From positions 320,001 through 384,000 of the forward strand of contig CAVOKF010000005.1 of assembly GCA_963696385.1 (NCBI GenBank): a stretch of 64,000 nucleotides of DNA, read 5' to 3'. The notes beneath the pieces were generated by a model that worked only from the letters and a program-made list of their open reading frames with translations, ran no database searches and was not told the origin of the DNA. Position 1 is the stretch's first letter; the number at the start of each line of letters is the position of its first letter. Both the position numbers and the translations under genes were made by a program. Of this stretch, positions 18,204-28,307 are shown one piece after another. This DNA comes from an uncultured delta proteobacterium (lineage in GTDB: Bacteria; Myxococcota_A; Polyangia; Polyangiales; Polyangiaceae).

Positions 18204-21200
18204 TCGAGCACCGCCGCCCAGGAATTGATGAGCGTCGGCGCCACCGGCGTCGGGAGCGAAACGGAATACGGGTTCGCATTCAGCCCGCCGGCTCCCGGCA
18301 CGCCGCCGACCAGCGCGACGAGTGAGAATTGCCCCGCGGTGAAGCTCGTCGTGGCCTGGTGGGTGACGCCGGCCACGTACGAGTCCTGTACGGTAGAGAA
18401 CGTTCCGCACGCGGGAGTCGCTTGAACGGCCACCCCGGGGACCACTCGGCCGGGGAACGTCGCGCCGACGTCGATGTAGCCGTTGGTCGCGTTCAATACG
18501 AAGAGGCCTCCGTTCTCGCGGCAGGAGGCGGGGTTGGCGGTGCACGGCGTCGTCGTTCCCGAGGGCTCGTAGGGGGTGTTGAAATTGAGTCCCCAGAGCC
18601 GGGCATCGCCGCTCGTGCAGGAGAGATTGGCCGGGCTGCCCGCGTAGTAAGTCGAAAAGTAGAGCGTGTTGTTGAAAACCGTCATCGGACCCGACACGCG
18701 CTCGCCCTGCCGTAACGGCGAGGGAGACGACGACGCGCCAAGAAACCAGTTGACGTTTGCGCCGAGCGCCAGGGTGCCTGTGCCCTGGACCTGCTCGGTG
18801 ACCGAGTACACGAAGTAGGTGCCGTTGTTGTCGAATGTCTCCGTCGTCCCGGTCGCGGCGTTCATGACCACGTCTCCCAGCGGATCGACCGACAGGATGG
18901 GCGTGACCTCGAACGGTTGGCCATCTTGCCACGAGGTGCTGCTCAGATCGGCGGTCGCGTTGTAGAAGTCGAGATAGACGGTACCGACCCAATTGGCGGG
19001 AGTCGGGCTGGACACGTCGAACCTCCACATCGTTCCGTCCGCATCGCCGACGAAGAACTTGGTCGCGTCGGCCCCGACATCGCTCGGGTACACGACGGGA
19101 GTGCCGGTCATCGGCGAATCGAGCGGCGTCGGCGTGATCCGACTTCTCGCGACGAGCGTGTCGCCGGTGTAACTCGCGTAATCGACCGTCGGGGCGAAAA
19201 CCCGCAGGATTTCGCCGGTATCCAGTCGCACGATGGCCACGGAGCGTCCAAGGACGGGGTCGTTGGGCTTCAGGTTGGCCCCCCAACAGCGCACGGATCC
19301 ACGCGTCGCATATCCGCTCGTCGGGGTCGAGTAGTTGGCCGCGGTCTTCGCTTGCCGTGTGCAGGACGCGGTCGACGCGGGCGGCCCGTTCCAGCCTCCG
19401 GGCAGAATGGCGACTCCGATGTCTCGGGCGCCGTTTCCGTCCCCGGGGTCCATGAACAGCGTCGTGACGGCCGGGGTGCCTGAAAGATTGCCGAAGATCG
19501 GGTAGTTCCCGCTCGGCATCGTCGTGAGTTGCCAGCGGAACACCGGCCCCGATGCGGGAAGCTGCCCAGAGGTCGTCGTGCCCGCGGGCGGGGGACACGG
19601 GTCCGTCACGTCGACGGCGTAATACCCACGCTGGTAGGGGCCGTATCCCGCCGCGAGGGTCGTGTGCCAGGCGCTCCCGGTATTGCTCGTCGCGGACGAC
19701 GCCGTGCGGTCCCAAACCACGTCCTTCACGATCGGCGAACCGTCGAGCAGAAACTGATGACTCGACGGGTACGTCGACAGCAAATTCTGCATGGTGTCGG
19801 GCATGAGCATCGCCCACTGCTCGTTGTTCTCCTCGGTAACTTCGTCGGCCCAAAACGCATGCAAGAGGCCGTCATTGGTCGCGACGTAAACCGTGGTCGG
19901 CCGCGGCGAGATGGACGAGGTCGACGTTCCGCACTTCACGTTGTTGCTCCAGCGCGCCTGAAAGGCCTCGTACGAAGGGTCCTGCAAGAGCGACTCCGGT
20001 GGGCCCACGACGGCAGGTGAAGCGTGGTAGACGTCGGCGAAGGCGTTTCCGTACCGAGACGTGAACGTGAAATTCGACGGCCCGTTGAACGACGCCGCGG
20101 GCTGAGCAAATGTGAAGTCGAGCGTCATGTTCAGACATTGCGCCGGCGTCAGGTACTGCGTTCCGAGGGCGTTGTTCGGGGTGTATGGGCAGCCGAGCGG
20201 CGACCCGGTCGTGGCGATTCCGTTGACCGCGCCCGGCGTGATCTGCGAAACGACGTTCGACGCATTTCCGGCGTAGGTCGTAACGCCATAAGTCACCGCA
20301 CCGTCGGGGGGCGGCGAAGCGATGAACGGTCGGATGCTCGCCCAAGCCGTTCCGCCGCTCGCCAGGTTCGGCTCGAACGCGATGAACGTCCGCGACGGTC
20401 CGAGAGTCGAGTTGAGGTTGTCGGCGAAGTCGTCTCCGGCCTGTGGATTGAAAGTCGGAGAGCTGGATGCCGACGACGACGTCGACCCGGAAGGCAATGC
20501 AGACGACGACGACGAACCGCAATAAAAGCGCGAGCGCTGCACGTCGCCGGACCATGCCTGACCGGGTGAAGGGGAAAACGAAGCGTAGAAGATTTCCTGA
20601 TTCGGCGTGCTGGCGGTCGACAGAACGTTCGTGATGACGGGCGAATACGCCGGCACGGTGCGGGTGGTCGCTTGCTTCGCGATGTTCGCCAAGATCGATC
20701 CGAGCGCATTCTGCAGGTCGCCCGGGCTATCCGCGAAATACGCCTGACCGCTGCCTCCCGCCAGTGCGATCTCCTGAAGCTGACAGCACGGGTAGTACGA
20801 ATCGGTCGGCACCGCCGTGAGGCACATCGACGCGAGCTGGCCGCCACTGACCAGGCTCGAGCAAGCGCTTGTCGTACCCCCAGTGCCCTCGTACGTCGAT
20901 ACCGCGAATCCGATGACGTACGTCGTCACGAACTGATTCGCGCCCGAAGGCTTCCCGCCATTGTAGAGATTGCCGGCGATGGTTTGTGGTGTCGCAAACG
21001 GGCAAACCCCCGCGGGACTCCCGGCCGATGCGGCGGCCGCGCAATCTGGCCGCATGTCCTCGTTCGGCGCGCCGTCGGTGAGGATGATGATGTATTCCTG
21101 GCGGCAATTGCCGCTGACGAAAACGTCGGTCTGCTGAGGTCCCGCGGGATCCGTCCAGAAGTAGTATTGCGCGCCCGTCAGCATTCCCGCCATTGGCGTG

Positions 21201-22177
21201 CCGCCGTAGGGTCGCGACGACCGAATGACGTCTTCGATGTTGGAGTTATTCTGCTCTTGCGTTGCAATGTCGGTTGTCGCCGGGAATGCAACCATGCGCC
21301 CCTCCCAAGGGGGCGCGGCCGAATTGCGCGCGCCGACCGCCATCATCGTGGACGTGGAGCAGTTGGCCGGGTTGCCGGCATAGGGACACGTCGCGTTGGT
21401 GGTCCACCCCGGATAGTAGCTCCACATTCCGACGTACGGGGCCGGCGCGACGAGCAGATTCGACCCGCTGGGCACGACCCCGGTCGCCGGGCTCGGATCG
21501 TTGTCGAACATCATCAGACCGAACCGCATCAGGTTGGTCATCGTGTTGACGGCGCCGTTGGTCAGCTGCGAAAACTGGCACGTCGACGTGACCGTGTTGA
21601 GAGAACCGTAGGGGCGGGCGATGACGTCGCCGCTCACGAACGAGTTGGCGCTGACGGTCGTTCCGGTCGCATTCCGCGTCGGCCCGACTCCCTGACCGAT
21701 CGCAGCTCCTGCGAGCACGCCGGGCGCGATGTCACAAGCGACGCTCGGCGTCACGGTCGTGTCCTGCGCGATCATGCGATGAAACGGCAGGTAATAGTTG
21801 ACGTCGTAGGGCACGATGCCGTTGATGGAATACTCTTGGGCGAACACGCTGGATGGCGTTCGCGGCATGGCCGCGCAGTTGTAGCCGTTGGTGAGCTGCC
21901 CGGTCAGGGCCTGCAGCAAGACGCCCCACCGGTTCGGCGAGGCGGGCGCCTGACTCCAGACGCAAGTCCCGAGAACGGGATCGCAGTTGCACGTATTCGC
22001 CGGAGTCGCTTCCGGAAGCGAACTGTCGATCATGCGCTCCATGGATCCGGAATTGTCGATGAGCAGCAACACGTTTGGCACCGGTGGGTTGGTGTCGATC
22101 TGCTGTGCCCACGCGCTCGCCGGCCAAGCCAGCGCGGCTGCGGCCACGGCCCACCATCCAACCATTCGCATCCTCAT
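18200..22177 (-). CDS. pilY1: PilY1-like type IV pilus tip adhesin (vWA + PilC beta-propeller)
   Basis: Sec signal (AWA), MIDAS DNSGS and ILTDG, VYVATNDGLLHAF, LDGSP, FVGDADGTMWRFD; lies downstream of four prepilins. Confidence 0.9.
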   Translation of the reverse strand: MRMRMVGWWAVAAAALAWPASAWAQQIDTNPPVPNVLLLIDNSGSMERMIDSSLPEATPANTCNCDPVLGTCVWSQAPASPNRWGVLLQALTGQLTNGYNCAAMPRTPSSVFAQEYSINGIVPYDVNYYLPFHRMIAQDTTVTPSVACDIAPGVLAGAAIGQGVGPTRNATGTTVSANSFVSGDVIARPYGSLNTVTSTCQFSQLTNGAVNTMTNLMRFGLMMFDNDPSPATGVVPSGSNLLVAPAPYVGMWSYYPGWTTNATCPYAGNPANCSTSTMMAVGARNSAAPPWEGRMVAFPATTDIATQEQNNSNIEDVIRSSRPYGGTPMAGMLTGAQYYFWTDPAGPQQTDVFVSGNCRQEYIIILTDGAPNEDMRPDCAAAASAGSPAGVCPFATPQTIAGNLYNGGKPSGANQFVTTYVIGFAVSTYEGTGGTTSACSSLVSGGQLASMCLTAVPTDSYYPCCQLQEIALAGGSGQAYFADSPGDLQNALGSILANIAKQATTRTVPAYSPVITNVLSTASTPNQEIFYASFSPSPGQAWSGDVQRSRFYCGSSSSSALPSGSTSSSASSSPTFNPQAGDDFADNLNSTLGPSRTFIAFEPNLASGGTAWASIRPFIASPPPDGAVTYGVTTYAGNASNVVSQITPGAVNGIATTGSPLGCPYTPNNALGTQYLTPAQCLNMTLDFTFAQPAASFNGPSNFTFTSRYGNAFADVYHASPAVVGPPESLLQDPSYEAFQARWSNNVKCGTSTSSISPRPTTVYVATNDGLLHAFWADEVTEENNEQWAMLMPDTMQNLLSTYPSSHQFLLDGSPIVKDVVWDRTASSATSNTGSAWHTTLAAGYGPYQRGYYAVDVTDPCPPPAGTTTSGQLPASGPVFRWQLTTMPSGNYPIFGNLSGTPAVTTLFMDPGDGNGARDIGVAILPGGWNGPPASTASCTRQAKTAANYSTPTSGYATRGSVRCWGANLKPNDPVLGRSVAIVRLDTGEILRVFAPTVDYASYTGDTLVARSRITPTPLDSPMTGTPVVYPSDVGADATKFFVGDADGTMWRFDVSSPTPANWVGTVYLDFYNATADLSSTSWQDGQPFEVTPILSVDPLGDVVMNAATGTTETFDNNGTYFVYSVTEQVQGTGTLALGANVNWFLGASSSPSPLRQGERVSGPMTVFNNTLYFSTYYAGSPANLSCTSGDARLWGLNFNTPYEPSGTTTPCTANPASCRENGGLFVLNATNGYIDVGATFPGRVVPGVAVQATPACGTFSTVQDSYVAGVTHQATTSFTAGQFSLVALVGGVPGAGGLNANPYSVSLPTPVAPTLINSWAAVLE

Positions 22178-22190
22178 CGTCGCCCCTCTC

Positions 22191-22268
22191 TACCGCTTAC
22201 TTGGGAATACAGATCTTTGGACTACCGATCGCTCTGGACGACCACTTTGGACTACCGCTTACTTTGGG
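22191..22268. repeat. Cluster of short direct repeats between pilX and pilY1
   Basis: CTTTGGACTACCG at 22215 and 22245, a degenerate copy at 22232, and TACCGCTTAC(T)TTGGG at 22191 and 22253. Confidence 0.85.
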
Positions 22269-22936
22269 CATTGGATCGGGCCTGCGACGAGGCGAGCCCG
22301 CTGCATCTCGAGACCTTCGCCTCCGAACACGGCAGGGGCTCCTAGGGAAGCCGAATATTGGGGTTGCACGATCCCGACGGACGTCGCTGTCATCTGAATG
22401 AAGCAGAACTGCAAATTCAGCGCGTATCCTGACGGCGCGTTGGCGGTCGTCGGGGCCGTGAATTCCACGTAGAAGTCCGCCTTCAACGGCGTCGGGCCGA
22501 GGCTCCCGGGGGCACCGGCGTAGGGTGTCGCGAAGTTGTAGGAATCGGTCGGGTTCGATGCCCAGGCCGAGCCGGTCGAAAGCTCCGTAGCGCCCATCCG
22601 GCGGCAGGCTTCCGACTGGGGGCTCCCGCCGGCTGGAACACCCTGCAACGACACGCAATGGACGTCCGGCTGCGAAAGCATGAGGCCAAGGTAAAATTGG
22701 GCCTTCGTGGACGCCATTTCCTGGGCCGACGCGATGACGCCATACTCCGAGAGGTAGTGCGCTTGCGTATTCTGTCGCTCGTTGCCGCTCGTCTTGAGTT
22801 CGTTCGACGCTGTGGCGAGCGCATAGACGCCGACGGATGCGAGCACGGCGAGCGTCATGGCCACGATGAACATCGCCGCGCCGGCTTGGCGCCGCCGGTG
22901 AGACGATCGCGACTTGGCCAGGGTGAGGGCATGCAT
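22259..22936 (-). CDS. pilX: PilX-like minor pilin
   Basis: RQAG|AAMFIVAMTL prepilin lacking Glu5; SGNERQNTQAHYLSEYG matches the PilX N-terminal pattern; ATG overlaps the pilW stop. Confidence 0.85.
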   Translation of the reverse strand: MHALTLAKSRSSHRRRQAGAAMFIVAMTLAVLASVGVYALATASNELKTSGNERQNTQAHYLSEYGVIASAQEMASTKAQFYLGLMLSQPDVHCVSLQGVPAGGSPQSEACRRMGATELSTGSAWASNPTDSYNFATPYAGAPGSLGPTPLKADFYVEFTAPTTANAPSGYALNLQFCFIQMTATSVGIVQPQYSASLGAPAVFGGEGLEMQRARLVAGPIQCPK

Positions 22937-24333
22937 CAGTAGAAATTCGTCGCTTGGTTGGGCAGCGACACCTCTGTGGTGACCGTCCGGACGCGCGCCC
23001 ACGCGAGCGCATTCGCGGCCGGGGTGGGGCATTGCAAGACGCAGTAGCGGTACATGAAGTTTTCCGTAGGGTACGAAGGCACCGGGGCGATGGTGAGCGT
23101 CCGATCCGCTTGTGCGGTCCGCGTGGCGACGCGGGCATACACCGAGCGTATGCGTTGCGGGGTCGCAGTCGCGTTGTTGACCCGCGCTGCGACCGGATCG
23201 TTGCTCGTGCTGTCGAACGCATACGTGACGATCCGCGGCGTCGCGGCGATCACGCTGGTATCGACGGAGAAGGCGAACCCCAGGTCGACGGCGTACTCGG
23301 CCACGATCTCGCTCGTCGCCGGAACGATGTTGCCGAACGCGTCGAGATACGAGCGCATCAGATCGTATTTGGTAGGGTCGGTGCCCCCGTCCGATGTGGT
23401 TTCAAGGCCATTGACGAATTGAGCCGGCTCCGGGTCAACCGTCGAGCTGCTCGCGGTGATTTCCCACCGCACGATTTGCACGGGGTTGACCCACGCTCGA
23501 CCGGCCGCGTACCCGCTCAAGCCGCTCACCGTGCCCGTGGTTTGGGCGCTCCGGAGAGGCGTCATGCCGCCCGCTGCGGCATCGACGCTGACGTAGGGCT
23601 GGCCCGAGACGACGCCGGCAGCCGCTCCGTTCCGGCACGTTGCGAGGTATTGCGAGCGCCCCGAGTCGTCGACCAACCGGACGATGAACTGCGCGACGCC
23701 CGCCGGGTCAGGCTGGAAAATGTTTGCGAGCTCGGTGGTCCCCGCGTCTCCGTTGCCCATGACGCGGTACATGGCCGGAGAGGTAGGCGACAGGTAGATG
23801 TTCAGGCACGTTCCGGTCGCCGTTTGCGCGATGTAAGCGACGTCGAACGTGTCTGGCGACGTCATGTTGCCGGCGATGTCGATGAGATCCGGCGAGAGGG
23901 TACCGGGACCCACGGCCGACGCATTGGCGAGATTGCCCAGGGATCCTCCGTCGGATAAGTAGATCGACGCAAGAGTCTGGAGGCCGCCCATCCCGATCGG
24001 CTTGGTGCTGGCGGGTGCCGTCGATGCCACATGAGCCCCTCCGGGGGGGGCCGCGATCTGCGGGTCCGCCAAGATGTTGCCGGTGCTCATGAACCCGGCC
24101 CGCTGCAGATCGGCCCGCAACCGATCGACGGCCGCTCGCAGCGAAGCTTCGGCGACCGACACTCGAGCCTCTTCGTGGAACGTGTTGGTGGCCTCACGCG
24201 ATAGAGAGACGATACCCGCAGCGACCAGGAGTCCGGCCAAGAGCGCGACGGTGAGCTCGACCATCGTAAAGCCCGACTGGCGGTGCCTCAGGACGAGTCT
24301 CGACCGGCGACGGCCCCAACCCGGGTCGATCAT
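22936..24333 (-). CDS. pilW: PilW-like minor pilin
   Basis: QSG|FTMVELTVALL and DLQRAGF; ATGA overlap with the pilV stop. Confidence 0.88.
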   Translation of the reverse strand: MIDPGWGRRRSRLVLRHRQSGFTMVELTVALLAGLLVAAGIVSLSREATNTFHEEARVSVAEASLRAAVDRLRADLQRAGFMSTGNILADPQIAAPPGGAHVASTAPASTKPIGMGGLQTLASIYLSDGGSLGNLANASAVGPGTLSPDLIDIAGNMTSPDTFDVAYIAQTATGTCLNIYLSPTSPAMYRVMGNGDAGTTELANIFQPDPAGVAQFIVRLVDDSGRSQYLATCRNGAAAGVVSGQPYVSVDAAAGGMTPLRSAQTTGTVSGLSGYAAGRAWVNPVQIVRWEITASSSTVDPEPAQFVNGLETTSDGGTDPTKYDLMRSYLDAFGNIVPATSEIVAEYAVDLGFAFSVDTSVIAATPRIVTYAFDSTSNDPVAARVNNATATPQRIRSVYARVATRTAQADRTLTIAPVPSYPTENFMYRYCVLQCPTPAANALAWARVRTVTTEVSLPNQATNFY

Positions 24334-24950
24334 GGATTCTCCCGGATGGCGGTGCTCACGTAGATCGCGCGGTACGCCGGAGCCCCGTAGTTCGTCATGC
24401 TGTTCGAGTTGGGGTCCGCTGATGTCATGTCGGTATTCTGAGGGCTGCAGAACGGCGCGGGGTTCGCTCCGCTGGTGCCGAGCCCGCCCAGCCATAAGAC
24501 GCGCACGTCGGCGCGCAGCAACTGATTGGGCACCAGGGTGGACACGCGCACGTTCACGCAGAATATCGCAAAGGACGGGACGTCTCCTGCGGCCAGGTCT
24601 CGGCCTAGGATGTCGAATCCGTAGCTCTGCGGAGGGGTAAAACCGGCGTAAGCCGTCGGAACGTACCAGACCGCGCCGACGTTGTTGGCGAAGAGCAGTG
24701 CATTGCTCATGTTGCTTGGGGCGTTCGCAAGGGCGGGGCCCGGCAACGTCCATTGCATCGCGTCGCGCTCCAGCCGCTCCACCCACGTGCGCGCGATCGA
24801 ATTGGCGACGTCCATTTTCCGTGCATCGAGATCCCCCTGCATCGTCGCCTTTTGCATGCTCATCACGGCGGCCGCGCCGATCGCCGCGACGGTCATGGCG
24901 AGCAGCACCTCGATGGCCGTGTACCCGCGCGCTCCGGATCGGTTGGCCAC
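24330..24950 (-). CDS. pilV: PilV-like minor pilin
   Basis: ARG|YTAIEVLLAMTV..MSMQ; GTG start at 24950. Confidence 0.85.
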   Translation of the reverse strand: MANRSGARGYTAIEVLLAMTVAAIGAAAVMSMQKATMQGDLDARKMDVANSIARTWVERLERDAMQWTLPGPALANAPSNMSNALLFANNVGAVWYVPTAYAGFTPPQSYGFDILGRDLAAGDVPSFAIFCVNVRVSTLVPNQLLRADVRVLWLGGLGTSGANPAPFCSPQNTDMTSADPNSNSMTNYGAPAYRAIYVSTAIRENP

Positions 24951-24961
24951 CGGTCGTCCTC

Positions 24962-25726
24962 TCAGTGTCCCTGCGAAAAGAGCCGTGGCATCCCATTCGG
25001 AACCACGAGCACATGGCGGATTGTGGCGCCCGTCGGGCCGCGGCTCACCTGTGCGTCCACCAGGCTCGTGTTCGGCGATAGGCCGTTGAACACCGGCATT
25101 TGCCATGTGAAGCCGGACTGCCCCGGCATGAGCAAGTACGATCGCCCGAGAGGTGTGAAGCACACGAGCAACTGCGTGAATGCCGTGCCTGTCGAGCTTG
25201 CGAGATTGCCTTGGATCGCCGGGCCGAAGACGTCGAGCGTCGTCACGACGTTTGCGTCGGATTCGGGCGCTCCGTTGAGGTTGACCCCGTCGATGAGCAG
25301 CGTGACGTTTGCAACGCCGACGGTCGCAGCGACCGCCGTGTTCCACACCGTAGGCGATTTGCACGCTGGAGTGGGCGTTTGATACGTCGTCGTGCCGGTT
25401 CCCGCGTTCTGCGCGTCCGCCTCGTAGAGCATGAACGTTCCCCGATCCGCCGCGCCGTTCGCGGACATGCTCACGAGCGTGGCCCCCCCGCGTGCGACCG
25501 CGCGAAGCCTCGCCTCTCGGAAGAGCTGCATGATGGCCCCGGCATCCTGGTACGCGGTGCGATCGTAGGTTCCGATCCGCATCGAGGGGATGGCGAGAAC
25601 GGCGATGATGCCGATGATGATGACTACGACCATGAGCTCGATCAGCGTGAAGCCGCGTCGAGACGCACGCTCCGCCAACCGTCTTCGACGGGAGGATCCC
25701 GTGGTCGAATCGAGCCGTTTGCACAT
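24962..25726 (-). CDS. fimU: FimU/GspH-like minor pilin
   Basis: RRG|FTLIELMVVVIIIGIIAVLAIP, REARLRAV, C-terminal VVPNGMP. Confidence 0.85.
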   Translation of the reverse strand: MCKRLDSTTGSSRRRRLAERASRRGFTLIELMVVVIIIGIIAVLAIPSMRIGTYDRTAYQDAGAIMQLFREARLRAVARGGATLVSMSANGAADRGTFMLYEADAQNAGTGTTTYQTPTPACKSPTVWNTAVAATVGVANVTLLIDGVNLNGAPESDANVVTTLDVFGPAIQGNLASSTGTAFTQLLVCFTPLGRSYLLMPGQSGFTWQMPVFNGLSPNTSLVDAQVSRGPTGATIRHVLVVPNGMPRLFSQGH

Positions 25727-25750
25727 GGGTTTGCCGCGAGGACCCACAGC

Positions 25751-25766
25751 AGCAAGCCACGTGCCC
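25751..25766 (-). promoter_or_regulatory. Putative sigma54 promoter of the minor-pilin operon
   Basis: Minus strand GGGCACGTGGCTTGCT (GGCACG-N4-TTGC), 25 bp upstream of the fimU ATG. Confidence 0.72.
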
Positions 25767-25917
25767 CCGTTCAACTCGGTCCGGTTTGCGAAAAAAGCCC
25801 GCTTCGCGGCGTGCGTTCGCGCGCGCCGGTCCAGCAACGATTTCAACCCCCCGCAAAAGGTGCGGACCGGCGGTCGCGCGTGCTACCACGGGCGCGCCTT
25901 TCCTACCCCCGCTCCAT

Positions 25918-27032
25918 ATGCTGCCGAAATCCGCCCCGCTATTCGTTCTTCTCTTCCCGATCAGTCTGGCGCTCTCGTGCAGCAAGAGCGACGAGGGGCG
26001 AAACGGTCCTCCCCCGCCCCCCCCCCAGCCGCCACGTCGCACGGCGACGTGTGCGCGGGCGGCGGGGGTCAAGACACCGACTCGATTAGCGCTCCATTCC
26101 TCCCTCGCGTCGTCGGCGGTTACTGCCTCGACCCGCAGAGTGAGCCGAAGACCTACGGAGACAAGGGCAAGCTCTCGATGGACGAGGTGTGCACGACGGC
26201 ATTTGACGGCGAATGCGAAGTCTACAAGCGGTTTGGGCTCGATCGGGTCGTTGTCCTTCGATACGTGGATACGAGCGGGGCGCCGAACAGCGTTGAAGTG
26301 AATCTGTCGCGCTTCGCCACCCCCGAGGGGGCGTACGCCATGTTCACGAAACGCGTGGTCGCCGACGGCGATCCGGCGCGCGCGTCGGTCAAGTCGTTCG
26401 ACGCGGGGGCCTTGGCGGCTGAGAGCAGCAGCAACGCGTACGTCTGGCGAGGACCTTACATGGTTGAGCTCACGTTCGTGACGGAAGACACGAAGATGAC
26501 GCCGGAGGGCATGGCGAAGGCCAATGAACAATCGACCGGAGCGATAGCCCGCGACATCGGCGGCCGTTTGCCCGGTCCCCTGAACCCACCGGTCGCGGCA
26601 GCGACCTTGCCGACGGCATCTCGCATCCCGCTCGGCGTCGCATACCACCCGAAAGACGCACTCGGTTTGACGTCGATCGGTCCTCTGGCGATCGGCTACT
26701 ACGCCGACGGCGACAAGCGCTGGCGCGACGTCGCGATTGTGCGCAGCGACGTGGACGGTGCGAAAGAAGCATTCCGCGCATTCAAGCTGAGGCCCGGAAG
26801 TGTCCCGGTGAAGGCGTTGGCCGACGAAGCCGTACAGGTCGTGCTTCAGGAGGCTCCGGATCGCGCAAAGGCCGAATACATCGTGGCACGCAAAGGCACG
26901 TGGGTCGCTGCGGTGGGCGATGAAGAGCTGGTCCTCGATCCCGCTATGCCGGCGGACAAGATCGCTTCCCTCAAGCTGACGCGAGACGAAAAGCTGCACA
27001 AGCTCGTCGCATGGCTTTCTGAGCCGCGGTGA
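25918..27032 (+). CDS. Lipoprotein (DUF6599-like), frameshifted at a C10 tract (26017-26026)
   Basis: Signal peptide and lipobox ALSC are in one frame; the body (FDGECEVYKRFG..GAYAMF) is in another; C11 or C8 joins them. Confidence 0.78.
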
Positions 27033-27133
27033 AGGGCGGGGGCCGTCGCGTGGGACCGGGCCGGGGCGCGGGGAGCGACACAGCGAACCAAATCTTTGAA
27101 GCGCCGCCGACGTGACCTACTTCGGTCGTTCTC

Positions 27134-28306
27134 CTACGCGCGGATCGCCTTGAGCGGTGATGTTCGAGCCGCCCGAATCGCCGGCAGAAAGCCTCCCAAG
27201 AGCCCCATGCCGCAGGCGAAGACCAACGCTGTGGCGATCACGCGCGGCGTCGGATCGAACGAGAATACGATCTCCGACCAGCTCGAGAAGTTGACCATGG
27301 AGAAGCGCACGAATCCCATCCCCAGCGACGCGATCGTTCCGACCGCGCCGCCCGCCGCCGCAAGCAGTACCGACTCGAGGAGAAACGAGGTCAGAATGCT
27401 CGTGCGGGAGAAGCCGAGCGCCCTAAGGGTTCCGATCTCTCGCTGTCGGTTTGCGACGGCTGCGTACATGGTGATCGTGGCGCCGATCATCGCTCCGATG
27501 GCGAAAAATATCGCGACGGCATCGCCCAGCGCGCCGACGAAGGTGGCGGTTCCTTCCGACAGCTTCTCGTAGAACGCGGTTTCGCGCACGGCTTGCAGTC
27601 CCAACCGCTTGTCGTTTTCGACCTCGGCGCGGAACGCGTCGAATTCCGCCGGCGACTCGAGTTGGACACGAACGCTGGAAACGACCCCTTCGCGGTGGTA
27701 CGCCTGTCGCAAGACTTCGCGGTCGACCCACACTTCGGACTCGTACGACGAGCCGTCCGCTTCGAAGACCCCGACCACCCTCACGGGGCGGTTTTTTCGC
27801 AGCTCGAACGTTCGGTCGAGTTCGAGGCTGCGGATGCGACCTCGAATGCGGGCACCGATGAGCGCTTCGTCGCTGCCCGGACGAGGCGGGCGGCCCGCGA
27901 CGATGTGAACCTCGGGTCGTAGCCGCATGGCCGCATCGTCGACGCCTCGGATCGCTACGTTGGTCACGCCGGTCGTTCCGAGCTTGTCCATCGCCGCCAC
28001 CACGACAATCTCGCCGGCGCCAATCGGCTGTCCCCGATCGTCCTTGCGAACGCCCGGAGCCGCGAGGATGAGCGGCACGGTCGATTCATCGATGACGCTT
28101 CCGAGTTCGGCGTCCGTGCCCAGGCGAAGCACGATCGCGTTGTCGGCCCGGCCGGAGCTTCCAAGCGTTTTCTTGATCCCGGCCGAAAGCATCAGCGACG
28201 ACGCGAGCACGAAGACGACGAGCGCGATGCCGAACGCCGTGGCGAACGTGGTCGCCCGACGCACGACGAGGCTGCGGACGTTGTAGCGAAGCGGAATCAT
28301 CGCCAT
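27134..28306 (-). CDS. ABC transporter permease (MacB/FtsX family)
   Basis: RQREIGTLRALGF and GGFLPAIRAAR. Confidence 0.93.
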   Translation of the reverse strand: MAMIPLRYNVRSLVVRRATTFATAFGIALVVFVLASSLMLSAGIKKTLGSSGRADNAIVLRLGTDAELGSVIDESTVPLILAAPGVRKDDRGQPIGAGEIVVVAAMDKLGTTGVTNVAIRGVDDAAMRLRPEVHIVAGRPPRPGSDEALIGARIRGRIRSLELDRTFELRKNRPVRVVGVFEADGSSYESEVWVDREVLRQAYHREGVVSSVRVQLESPAEFDAFRAEVENDKRLGLQAVRETAFYEKLSEGTATFVGALGDAVAIFFAIGAMIGATITMYAAVANRQREIGTLRALGFSRTSILTSFLLESVLLAAAGGAVGTIASLGMGFVRFSMVNFSSWSEIVFSFDPTPRVIATALVFACGMGLLGGFLPAIRAARTSPLKAIRA

Positions 28307-28307
28307 C

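Noticed and set aside
17679..19853. 724-aa ORF as one protein
   Set aside because: The N-terminal ~550 aa are an Arg-rich shadow frame of pilY1; only 17679-18203 looks coding.
22191..22268. CRISPR array
   Set aside because: 13-bp units with no 25-45-nt unique spacers and no cas genes.
24330..26999. 889-aa pilin fusion ORF
   Set aside because: Stop-free GC-rich frame overlapping fimU and antisense to the lipoprotein; real pilV starts at 24950.
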